A DNA stretch of 64,000 nucleotides, taken from positions 96,001 through 160,000 of the IMG/VR virus record IMGVR_UViG_3300014203_000012; one strand, given 5' to 3'. Shown in pieces: positions 42,201 to 48,700 of this stretch (position 1 is the stretch's first letter; every line of letters starts with the position of its first letter). The position numbers were made by a program, and so were the translations under genes. The DNA is from a virus. Taxonomy: Duplodnaviria; Caudoviricetes. Below the pieces are notes generated by a model, which was not told the DNA's origin, searched no databases, and was given only the letters and a program-made list of their open reading frames with translations.

Positions 42201-42368
42201 TTTTACTGTGGTCTTATAATCTCTAACCGAGTGGAATACTTCTTTATAGAGTTCTTGATTAGACTCAGCAAAACTTGATAATGCTGGCGCTTTCTCTGAC
42301 ATATGCTGTATAGCAGCATACGAAACAGACTTGCCTAAGTTCTTTATATAATCAGCAACAGGATTCAT
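30204..42368 (-). CDS. Giant tape measure protein / tail-associated lysin with C39-like peptidase, phage tail lysozyme and NlpC/P60(CHAP)-like domains
   Basis: Start at ATG 42368 (AGGAGG RBS), about 4054 aa. Gly-rich hydrophobic helices and 11-aa W repeats. DSGCGP...HYVV...VQDP (about 33230-32760), AIAGIMGNIQQES...GICQW (about 32640-32280), NGCTAF...DHVVI (about 31660-31290). Confidence 0.8.
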   Translation of the reverse strand: MNPVADYIKNLGKSVSYAAIQHMSEKAPALSSFAESNQELYKEVFHSVRDYKTTVKRAKDLIQGSTVYRLSDLAFGNAMEDIKSGNLYNKKREDSSFGDFGDTEDMSEFDNTTDTNATPTITDGDQMVIKAVNSASEKNAYAVTNAVANSAEYIAGTAKSNANMQYTQSIRLMNSIQSGFGGLSNGIDALYKFNTEVVSAHAENSKRYFESTTGLLQEQNAILKEMLTMQREKYKVELKEEKEKKANRFDDVVNASGTPDLKAYGKAVGGNFVNAANEASGGMLGMLSEENLKMFANNPLAIIPQFLIASAMGPKLTTALKKFDDTLSGAFATMTAKFNKNANDDNANPLEQFLGKIFGLKNTVKSTIDTSKYEQGNMQWNGIANKSLIEVIPGHLRRIEALIGGTNERFYDLKSGKWTNAKAVQTQFNNIKKTNVQSATSDMSDEMKKMMEALSFKSREDKEAMHKDMETIFTKIYDDFGHFDPNSKDESDNTKYGIESKANMKLFKTMFSNLKRGTAMKSANNIQSQREMHNRQMEGIEKDGNSLYGNLFNGYNADSHIKTDDKTGIIKEKYGNLGDQSNILKVTDPFKKNIFDYLRGIQGELFAIRKTNGFGCGSSRGGKSGKNKANGRQDDFSNVSDEELKKQFERTLGPKEKSNAKIEQDRTKSMNDSFERIENSRYNQAKSQGKMIGRVDRYMDDTSEASGAIRVNASNRNVRDNKRSMENNSTWLTDMIATSAKDSKKNLEETADKDNKTTFLNQLIRAGSLGAKYDVIRNGIDKLTAKPADILTGVISKADENIYNFFYGQESDVKDKNGNKIKGFFNRMSWELQGTFGKINDWMDNTLLKPFKDKFGGESMWKASKNALKGMGVDIDGITKGISDYFVGKEGILTPTIDAVKNAYNQAYEEVKKDMKKSYKDADQFYNNKILGEQTTDQKIASAKRTTGVDAIDEVTAFKHTVKNNKSVKRIDANTKERQTIANKLKEETNPKKISELQERLDYLNSIKLRDSKTKKVFNNKIQSYTERKGKIQETDLAIQNYNEDDSELLAQRNGKIEDLNTIKSILELPSDTILSKLDLSDPKYSHLLKNKRANAIFSKGMALEHATSSMKTGREKLEQKRSSLQREQDESWKQFGTTKDKAISDPNIILSQAEANKKAFTGNATERKSFTQALDSLATLLGLATSDPEAKVAYKKVDELSAEYMTAVKGLGKGDPLKSIRIQINQRATVGKDTSDLTNKMNDIIASKGALYGRYTEIFSDTLGKMSIPEEQISTTVQAILDTNSVERLKAISESFTKFVASASKANPSIAPYLESYKKKNLVESYTANLKYHSPSILPTLATDTPLENFTPIGNKFLSDAERGTSERGEDYYNNFGFDLKSNPKLDERQVKVNHFAQGARNITKSGLSIVSEGEAIIPSDENPFNPNKDKADRRKDEVNERNIKQRLGKVFDKNDIAENANGTPAFGQEGAISKGVNNFKNGIGDFANQLFDTKEAGMKISKVNAEVKKHLPKGIAGGLLGGTVGLLTGIGGPLLGAIAGSALSVVSNSETFQKGLFGEKVYDAEGNDTGKRGGGLFSDELQESMSKYLPDAKTYGITGTVLGMLTPLGPLGGLMMGSAISFAKNNEGIQNALFGEKDGLINGDSQKLIQKAFPNVAAAAIGTMFLGPFGLLGNAALGTGLGLVSTTDEFKDFMLGKADSKGVRKGGLSGALRETLIDPLAGFASTFKTKFFDFMKKDMLDPIKRSIAPIGKQISLAIKDTFKGIGKAFGWAIKSALGIPLVKKLMAPVKAILKPVTWAAKKAANIGAKVISAPSKAIGWVGDKVRQHQIEKSNADYMTADERLEFMAKRGKDYKLKGYDENLSNSSKDDLEKAHNLMGELKKGKGFLDERHAEYVKDLGSTVTDKLGVSKSKAILKAAHAGDMEKAQRLIQESDLSTAEKAKLSKEVNVKSNKVREMKARKENYTGNENELYAKLEKDHGIKGINADNLDKYRSVLQTEIQSRDESKDGTIKEGNQFDSINSSLDANTDKLAMFMKEQVEILAQIRDNAMGINPKQQKKLDRANKIGDKASEIYTGQNNELVNTTNESISKAYDGQKISEANKNVLADNPNRFQDIKKLAYNGYKFKDLDKILSYDANTFKRFIELGQSGYEIKDYDKLAKMSDEGFGNILAFVQTGMKITNMDAIMNEDPEVIKAMVELFKGGFNNVSQDTLKKMAPKKSQYLGSAKDKAIDKMYDSTNEDDEKAADNVSKVNGNNYDPRTNYQKYKDDVGKVISPIGEEFSRGKSIAKTGISMAANDIAGGIRSTKNAIGAGISSIGASIADKYKTLRHPSILPNGFADGATSITKGGVAVLSKGEQVVPANENKFAATSTPVPKDSKSPTQVNTEYGIESYTKSTDGSMVMANSKDNKAIQEKISDRDNTQKGILTNLKIMAGVASGKLKVGAEAAKSIAKGGLAGALSGLLDLVKLPMTMLKSFGSLLGLPLQLLGLGGVGSWMGGKLGGAASWVGNKLGAAAGWAGNKLGGAAGWAGNKLGGFASKIKDKIIGTKLGGAMVGKLGALSTRFGNSKIGGFLGKGLTKGKSLLGKAGGKISGLFGGGDSSSAVDGDGNAVDEPTDLLAAMNTHRTTMVSYLQQIIDLLKGGAGVGDSSGNPIADAAQEIRDRSDGKATKAKGAAAAGGKPGALSRAGSFISKHKGKLALAAGAAAIGTSLFSSSKAEAATPDNSDAPNTTTTNAPSFSNTASGLIGGGLRIVRDIANNPEIVEKAQAFIAKAKDALKSLVEKVGKFIPSSKAYTAVQEFCGKLLEKMAAPKNIAKIVEKLGAKLSMAAAYATVGAATAGIGDVVLAVGEAISWFWHGWSGSDELYQIKSGSTAGMKFVAGFVDAVVNMIPILGYVIQTDDVLDMALGIIGPPCGFTRADVEKLRNGGSDSTNESQDNKDPSENKGPSGVGGFFQKSWNSAKDIASNTWDSVKNFAANAWDSTKKMANNAWDSVKNGAQNISDKVGNAYNSAKNTVATWMDKNSATGKTGPKFGRGAGTLADGFHSQLDPANAMNFNTSQDSTPQTMEDSGCGPVSATNMASALGVNIDPKSAAKYALSKGYKEKDGGTEPGYFGDILGKYGIGTEQVQSPTDIKSNLSQGNPVLLMGKDNKGVNNDNPYGQYNHYVVGTGMDGKGNITVQDPESTTPDKMYKASSVLGKSSMAIAAGKGKFGRGNKVLKSAMGKLGTGKWGRGTEDNAQKIWNFLKDKKMSSEAIAGIMGNIQQESSFDPTADNGTHRGICQWDKNDRYARMSALGDPNLLDTQLNFMWQEMNERGVVDKLNSSKSIKEAAEIWDTDFEVSGGSEMGKRVSYGENIFNTIGQGKPFSGSATNSKTNNKDTKKKNTGFFGQLSELAETMSNAFNLNSSDATTPPHTGKGKWGRGIELDNSAAPGLAPTTTTEITKPSVNTAGVSLSGESAPGATPINNSNKVAAAAQTASSDGMLGGVLSAAKSMTGKMQQALGPLAGAITSQAGSFFGADKLKMIFGDDNPFSSIFGSKDKKDKKQSDGYTGEKFVSNSTNAGIQKASTWAEGLVESDQPQGYGPNGCTAFAKDYIEHSGNEFANSMPLWTPTLMEQAKASGLWKDASKGGAEGDIGLINTDSDPSDPDHVVIADGKGGYFGNSSSTLKVKHGPMADTWGDKNIFGYVATGAGDGSVVTGNKTNGVDTAAEAGPGSASGKSGLNKFGTGKTGPRKFGTGTMLDQIKDSIKAVPEDFIQDYNKITDDDSMDVAKAKAQKIKEMWDAAQAQLKPNSTSPAINLPSPEGIAQSDLTAKTLSGKQPISEVNPSYANALVKEATKNTDNPLNGISTNFIDGFNNKTDTQESSSQDNSIIKTKNSRGQELLSQLKQARKNFALKHLNGGVGTGSPIWGRGTDQTNIESITDSIDKNIIDPNIIKANSSNPVSVAQAQQDKSQISQACAPDYSPKLDMIISLLASIAGALTGQTPSTQAQTNTTTASNQKSSLSPASILSKLSSMGNGSNNGFGDIMATKDTQSIISAMRAIAIS
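33300..33490 (-). repeat. 11-aa tape-measure repeats (WDSVKN...)
   Basis: WNSAKDIASNT/WDSVKNFAANA/WDSTKKMANNA/WDSVKNGAQNI. Confidence 0.75.
34740..34880 (-). repeat. 33-nt tandem repeats (GNKLGGAAGWA)
   Basis: TTATTACCAGCCCAGCCAGCAGCT recurs with 33-nt period. Confidence 0.8.
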
Positions 42369-42395
42369 ATCCCATTCCTCCTTTCTTTTAACATT

Positions 42396-42407
42396 TATAT
42401 CTATGTT
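42396..42407 (-). promoter_or_regulatory. Late-type promoter AACA-N6-TA
   Basis: Minus-strand AACATAGATATA, 28 nt before the tape measure start. Confidence 0.6.
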
Positions 42408-42430
42408 TTCACCTACACTTCTTATACGAG

Positions 42431-42470
42431 ACAAACCATAGAGACTACCACATTGTGGTAGTCTCTTATA
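42431..42470. repeat. Direct repeat copy 1, containing a terminator hairpin, flanking the RCC1 gene
   Basis: ACAAACCATAGAGACTACCACATTGTGGTAGTCTCTTATA. Confidence 0.85.
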
Positions 42471-42471
42471 T

Positions 42472-43602
42472 CTATTTTTCACCATATGCCGATTTGGTAT
42501 CAGTTAAGAACATTGTAAATTTTGTTCTTGGAATGATTTCTAATATATTATCCCATAATAAAGATATATTAGATAGATTAGGTATTAGTGTAGGAGTGGT
42601 ACATGTCGTAATATCACCTAAACCTAATTGAGGGTTATTACCATATGCTTTTACAGTACCGTCATCTAGTAATACCATTGAATAATAATACCCACTTGCT
42701 ATTTGTTTTACATTAGTTAGATTAGGTATTAACGTAGGACTAGTACGATTAACTGCATCACCTAACCCTAATTGTCCGCCAACATTATATCCAAAGGTAT
42801 ATACTGTACCATCGGTTATTAATATCGATGTGTGGTGGGTTCCACCAGATATTTGTTTTGCGTTAGATATACCAGGTATTAAAGTAGGAGTAGATATTGG
42901 ATTTGTGGTATTGCCTAAACCTAATTCACCGAGACTATTATAACCAAATGCTTTTATTGTACCATCATTTAATAATGCAAACGAATTATAACTACCTCCT
43001 GCTATTTGTTTTACGTTACTTAGACTAGGTATTAATTTAGGCATTAAACTATTACCAACATATCCTAATTGACCGGAATCATTCAGCCCAAATGATTTTA
43101 CTGTACCATCATTTAGTAATGCTAAAGAATGATATATACCACCTGCTATTTGTTTTACATTAGTTAAATTAGGTATTATTGTAGGAGTTTTATATGGTGT
43201 TGTAGTATTTCCTAACCCTAATTCACCTTGAGCATTATATCCCCACCCTTTTACAGTTCCATCATTTAATACTGCCAGCGAATGATTATTACATCCTACT
43301 ATTTGTTTTACATTCGTCAATCCAGGTATTAACGTAGGAGTAGATATCGGGGTTGTGGTATTGCCTAAACCTAATTGACCATCCGTATTATTACCAAATG
43401 AATATAATGTACCGTCATTTAGTAAAACTAAAGAATAATCATACCCACATGATGTTTGTTTTACGTTAGTTAAATTAGGTATTAACGTAGGGGTGTCGAG
43501 ATTTGTGATATTACCTAAACCTAATTGACCGGTAGTGTTATAACCAAATGATTTTACTGTACCATCGTTTAATAAAACTAAAGAATGTAGATTTACACTC
43601 AT
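42472..43602 (-). CDS. RCC1/BLIP-II-like 7-bladed beta-propeller protein
   Basis: Seven repeats of HSL.LLNDGTV..FG.N..GQLGLG...TPTLIP.L.NVKQI. ATG 43602 after GAGGTG; late promoter AACA-N6-TA at 43655-43666. Confidence 0.9.
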   Translation of the reverse strand: MSVNLHSLVLLNDGTVKSFGYNTTGQLGLGNITNLDTPTLIPNLTNVKQTSCGYDYSLVLLNDGTLYSFGNNTDGQLGLGNTTTPISTPTLIPGLTNVKQIVGCNNHSLAVLNDGTVKGWGYNAQGELGLGNTTTPYKTPTIIPNLTNVKQIAGGIYHSLALLNDGTVKSFGLNDSGQLGYVGNSLMPKLIPSLSNVKQIAGGSYNSFALLNDGTIKAFGYNSLGELGLGNTTNPISTPTLIPGISNAKQISGGTHHTSILITDGTVYTFGYNVGGQLGLGDAVNRTSPTLIPNLTNVKQIASGYYYSMVLLDDGTVKAYGNNPQLGLGDITTCTTPTLIPNLSNISLLWDNILEIIPRTKFTMFLTDTKSAYGEK

Positions 43603-43692
43603 TATACTCACCTCTTATTTCTTTTACACAATATTCATATATTTGATTTAGTATTATAAAGGTGTTGTATATATTCAGCTCCCATATATTAA

Positions 43693-43730
43693 ACAAACAA
43701 TAGAGACTACCACATTGTGGTAGTCTTATA
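43693..43730. repeat. Direct repeat copy 2, containing a terminator hairpin, flanking the RCC1 gene
   Basis: ACAAACAATAGAGACTACCACATTGTGGTAGTCTTATA. Confidence 0.85.
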
Positions 43731-43742
43731 TAATTATTCTTT

Positions 43743-44273
43743 TTATTTAACCCAAGGTGGGCAAGGAGCATATACTTTTAAGCTTTCATAACCTTGAACG
43801 AAAGCTTCACCGCGCCCAAAGATTTTATTGCCATCTGCATCCACACCAATTTGTTTAGGATATGGACGACTGCCAGCTTCAACTTCTTTTAAACTAACTG
43901 CAACGTCAGACTTTTCTCTGCCGCCTAATTGAAGCTTGCGACCGCAATGAACATAAGTGTTGATAAATTCTTTTGAAACGTCAACAAGGTTTTCTGCTTC
44001 TGCACGTTTGAATTCATATTTTTCCATAAGAGTAGCAGCTTCATTTTGTGGGATTTTTGCTGCGCCTGACATCGCCGAAGCAACCATTGCTCGAACTGCC
44101 TTAGAAGGATTGAAAGAATCAGATTTTCCTTCTTTTGAATAAATGCCAACTTCGTATGAAGTGTCATTCATCATTGCCCTCATTACACGAGCCTCATCTT
44201 TACGACTACTCGTTACTTGAGTGATTGTGCCTTTAATTTCCTCGATTAGTGCTTTTACTGTTTCCTTTTCCAT
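43743..44273 (-). CDS. Divergent HU/IHF-like DNA-binding protein with an N-terminal extension
   Basis: AENLVDVSKEFINTYVHCGRKLQLGG...SLKEVEAGSRPYP...GEAFVQGYESLKVYAP aligns by eye with HU helix 2, GDKVQL.G and the arm. Codons suggest high expression. Confidence 0.45.
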   Translation of the reverse strand: MEKETVKALIEEIKGTITQVTSSRKDEARVMRAMMNDTSYEVGIYSKEGKSDSFNPSKAVRAMVASAMSGAAKIPQNEAATLMEKYEFKRAEAENLVDVSKEFINTYVHCGRKLQLGGREKSDVAVSLKEVEAGSRPYPKQIGVDADGNKIFGRGEAFVQGYESLKVYAPCPPWVK

Positions 44274-44324
44274 TTTTACTTCCCCCTATTTTAGTTTATT
44301 TGGATATAGTTGATTATAAATAAG

Positions 44325-44355
44325 TTACATGTATAATAAATTATTATACATGTAA
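44325..44355 (-). terminator. AT-rich palindrome / terminator abutting a late promoter variant (44315-44326)
   Basis: TTACATGTATAATAA-a-TTATTATACATGTAA. Confidence 0.6.
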
Positions 44356-44367
44356 TTGTATTGAAAC

Positions 44368-45417
44368 CTAATTAACCGTAAACTTTTGATTGCCTACAGA
44401 TAAACTATATGCAAACATTTGTATATTTTGACTTAATTCATCTATATCTTTTTCAATTTTCGATAATTTCGTATATACATACTGAACTTGGTCACTGGAT
44501 ACTTCTGTCATAAGACTTTCACACATCGCCAAATACATACGCTCTAAATCTAACTCACTTTCTATACGAAAGCGTTTAAGTGTAAGACCATCAAGCAATG
44601 GTGAATTATCTCCAACGATAGGCATGAACTTATCAAGATTGGCAAAGATATCTTGTATATCAAAAGTTTTAGTTCCCACTATACAAAATTCTTGTAATAC
44701 CACAGTTTTAGATGCGGTGTTAAATTTTTTATTTAGTTCATTAAGATATGTAGTGGCGTCGCTTATCTTAAGAGATGAGCAGGCTGCACTGCAACAATTC
44801 TCTGGAAATTTTATATTTGTTGAAGGTTTTTCTTTCATATTAGGATTTACTTCACTAATTGGAACGGATTTAAGTATCTCATCATCTTTTAGCTCACGAG
44901 GTTTAATACATTTAGTTTTTTCACTTGACTTTGTTTTGACAAGCGGAGAGCCGAACATATCTTCCAGGTTTGATTTATCTTCTACCAAATCTAGACATGG
45001 TACAGGATCGTTTTCAGATACTATTCTTGAGAAATATAGTTCTATATTATTATGAGTTATATGCCAACCAACTGCACTCAATACTAACTCTTTAACAAAT
45101 TTAATATTTTTAATACCTTTGAATTTTTTGTTATCGGTATTAATGTCTATTTGACACGCTGAATCTAGACAAAGCGCATGTACTGTTTGAGGTACGATGT
45201 TAAAGCATAATGCATTATCGTAGAATCCAACATACTTTATGATCATATTTACAGCAATACCGGTATATGGATTATTGAAATATTCAAATATTACTGGAAG
45301 ATCGTTAATAGAAATTGTAACTTTATCTACTCCTGCCTTATTTAGAATAGCAATAAATTCTTGTAAATTGAAGTCTTTCATATTTACATTATTCGGAACT
45401 ACACAAAGTTTAATCAT
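44368..45417 (-). CDS. Hypothetical protein
   Basis: 349 aa, GAGGTG RBS. Confidence 0.7.
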   Translation of the reverse strand: MIKLCVVPNNVNMKDFNLQEFIAILNKAGVDKVTISINDLPVIFEYFNNPYTGIAVNMIIKYVGFYDNALCFNIVPQTVHALCLDSACQIDINTDNKKFKGIKNIKFVKELVLSAVGWHITHNNIELYFSRIVSENDPVPCLDLVEDKSNLEDMFGSPLVKTKSSEKTKCIKPRELKDDEILKSVPISEVNPNMKEKPSTNIKFPENCCSAACSSLKISDATTYLNELNKKFNTASKTVVLQEFCIVGTKTFDIQDIFANLDKFMPIVGDNSPLLDGLTLKRFRIESELDLERMYLAMCESLMTEVSSDQVQYVYTKLSKIEKDIDELSQNIQMFAYSLSVGNQKFTVN

Positions 45418-45512
45418 TTTTATACACCTCTTATTATATATTCTTTACCCTAGTGTCCGCACTCCAATCAAGTTCTAATTTAATATTGCCTTAGTATAAG
45501 ATGATTAGCATT

Positions 45513-45647
45513 TTATTTTCCTCCTATTTTTTTAAGTCTTACCACAGGATATATGAGTTTAATTGGTTTACACCTTTCATGTAATATTTGATCTATTTGT
45601 TCTCTACTGCATTTAGATATTGTATCTAGAAAATCTGATTTATTCAT
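45513..45647 (-). CDS. Small 44-aa hypothetical protein (not in the ORF track)
   Basis: GGAGG RBS, MNKSDFLDTISKCSREQIDQILHERCKPIKLIYPVVRLKKIGGK*, and GACT-N6-TA at 45671-45682. Confidence 0.6.
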   Translation of the reverse strand: MNKSDFLDTISKCSREQIDQILHERCKPIKLIYPVVRLKKIGGK

Positions 45648-45731
45648 ACCATATACCTCCAATAATTAGTTACTTATAAGTCTATACTCTTTCAATTATT
45701 TATATTTACACCCATCTAAATGGATACAGCA

Positions 45732-45743
45732 AACACTAGAGTA
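45732..45743 (+). promoter_or_regulatory. Late-type promoter AACA-N6-TA
   Basis: AACACTAGAGTA, 28 nt before the RNAP gene. Confidence 0.6.
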
Positions 45744-45771
45744 AATTTGATACAGAAGGTGGTGGATAACA

Positions 45772-48700
45772 ATGTCTGTATACTTAGACGATATAAAACC
45801 TCTAAGGCTAACAAAGACAGAGTTTTTTCTTCCTATTAACGAAGAGGATAAGAAAAAGAACAGTGCAATATTCTTACTAACTCCTAATCTAGAAAGTTCT
45901 ATAAATATGATGAAGCACCCATTGGCGCTCAACCGAAGGTTGTTCGAATCATATTATATAGAGAAGGACATCGCTTTTATTCTTAACGAGTCAAGGCAAT
46001 TAGTAGTTGGTGAGGATATAATACCAGTGGAATACAACCCACTAAATCCTATGAATTCTATAAAGATGCATCATAAAAAATATCATAAGTCAATTGTAAA
46101 ACCAGTTGAGATGATAAAGGAAGGACTAGTCCCTAAACTTACATTTTATCACGGGACATCACTAAAATTAAATTCGTTACATCCAACCTCTCCAATGCTT
46201 GGTAATAAATTAGAAGATGCTAAATGGGCTACTTATCTATGGAGAGATAAAACAAAAGCTAGATATTTCGCTATTCAAAAAACTTGTAGAAATATATTAA
46301 GAAAAGAAGACAAAGATAAAAACTATATGAAACCTGCATATGATATAGCATCTGGTAAATCATTTTTATTAGAAAAGGATTGGGATTGTGTAAAAGATAT
46401 GGTGGTTGGAAATGTAGCATATGTATACACAACAGAAGTCCCAGCAAATAAGATAGGGTTTGGGCATTGTAGTTCTATTGCAGAGTTTACAACTGATATT
46501 GAATTGCCATTATTAAAAACTGAACGTATATATATAACAAGTGCTATATTTGATGAGGCTTTCATTAAAGTAGGAGAATCAGAATTAAAGGATAGAACTG
46601 CTAATGTACTAAATACAGCTTCTCGTGGTATATTAAAATATATAATGCACGATCAAGATGAAATATTTAAGAAAGAAATGATTATTAAAAAGAAATTAAA
46701 AAATAAAGAAATATCACCTGGAGATAATCTAAATATAATCTTAGATAATCTAGAAGAGCAGGCTATACTTTCAGAAGCTGTAGAGCAGATAGTAGTAGAA
46801 GATTATGATAGACCACGAGGAGAATATTCTATTAATGAAGACTTTGTTCATACTAACTATGAGCATGAAGAATATAAGATTTTCTTTGGCGACGCAGTTC
46901 AATCTATATTAGAAGACGAAAACCCTAAATCTAAATTGTACTCTTCCGCTATGCGTAAACTTCTCTATTCTGAGAGGATTAAGAACCAAAAAGAGTGTGT
47001 TCTTATCCATGATAAAGTAAAAACAGATCTGACATTTATCAAGTATACCTATATCAACTATGCTCTTTATAAACAAAAGAATCTATTTATAGATTGGTCT
47101 TACTATACTCAAACCTTCTTTAAGAATAATATTTATAAGATGGATAGAGCGGTTGACCTATACTTTGAGTTTATCACTAGATTCTTGGATGATGCTAGAT
47201 TAGATGATAACGGGTATGTAAAGAAAACAGTATTTGTTCCAGTACAGGATTGGATAAAAACTGATATTGTTGCGTGGGATTATACCAAAGACATCAACCC
47301 TATTTCAGTTATCTATAGACTACTCAAACGTAAATCTACTCTATTAAAAGAAAAATGGGGTGGATATAATTTTGTATTCCTATCAAACAACGCATACTTC
47401 AAACTAGACTTCAATGATTTTGATGATAAAGGACTTCCTTTATTCACCATGCTAGTAAGCAAGCTTAGTACTGGTCAAACACAAGATGCTGAGTTTGAAA
47501 AGAACGATTCCCCAAAAGCTATTCTCCATAAGATAATAGATAATATTGAAGATGGTGGAATAGAAATAAGCAATCTTACTGGTGGTACCTCTAAACTTTC
47601 TCCTGAAGATATCAAAAAGAAACTCGATATGGGAGGATCAGATAATATCGCCGATGATAAGCGCCCTAAAGAAGAAGTAGAAGATGAGAAGAAAGCTAAA
47701 TTAGTTACTCATATAAAGGATACCGCAGAAAAGTCTACAGATGAAAAGAATGCTATGGAAAATCTAAATTCTGATATAGATAGCGAATGGGTTAAAAATC
47801 TCATAACTGACCTACAATCTGAAGATGGACCAAATATGAACATAGCTAGAAAAGCTAGAATAAGTAGTCTTAGATCTGACTTTGCTAATAAAAAATTAAA
47901 TAATACAAAGATTGAAGATATCATCTATCAAAATAAAAGGATGACTGAATTGGAAACTGATGTGATTCCGATTAAGAATATAAATGAAGAATGGAATGAT
48001 GTTAAGTTTACTACGTTTAGTAAGAACTACAATCTAGATTCAGATATATATGCTATACTGGCCGATATGGGAACTAAATCAGATCCTATTATGGTTATAG
48101 ATGTGGATCGTGTTGACACTTCTACTTCAGAAGATTATGTAGAAACTTGGTCTGTAAAATTTGAAGATGCAAACGGTAAAAGATTTACCACAAAACTAGA
48201 TATTCCTAAGTTTGTAAATAATAGATTTATGAAGCTTAGAGGCAATCTAAAAGTAGTTAGTGGTCAATTGGTACTACTCCCTATTATCAAGACAGATGAG
48301 GATACTGCTCAAATAGTATCGTCATATAATAAAATCTTTGTAAGACGGGTAAATCCTAGTGGTGGTTCTAAAACTACACGAAGCGTAAGTAAGTTAATTA
48401 AAGCTCTATCTAAATATGAAGGAACTAAAATCAAAGTATTTGAAGGGGATAATAGTTTCGTATGTGAAAAATATGATCTACCTATTGAATACAGAGATTT
48501 AGCCGGAATGTATAGCAAGATAGTATTATCAGATGGAAGTTATTATTGCTTTAATATGGATGATATAAAAACACTACCATTGGAATATCCAAAAGAAGAT
48601 AGTAGTAGAATTCCGTTCTATGTAAATGCAAAGGGTAAAGTGGAAACATGCGCAGATGATCCAGCTAATATAATCCTGGATAGATTGTGTTTTGATGATA

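Noticed and set aside
30204-42485. Many plus-strand ORFs antisense to the tape measure gene, and similar shadow ORFs elsewhere
   Set aside because: They are antisense shadows of long real genes, with no RBS and biased composition.
42369-42485. The ORF-track N-terminal extension of the 4093-aa protein, and ORF 43538-43771 sharing RLPQCGSLY
   Set aside because: The shared peptide is only the translated terminator repeat. The real start is ATG 42368, with its own RBS and promoter.
46108-46810. An intein or intron in the RNAP gene
   Set aside because: There are no C/S...HN-C/S/T splice motifs or LAGLIDADG motifs, and the frame is uninterrupted.
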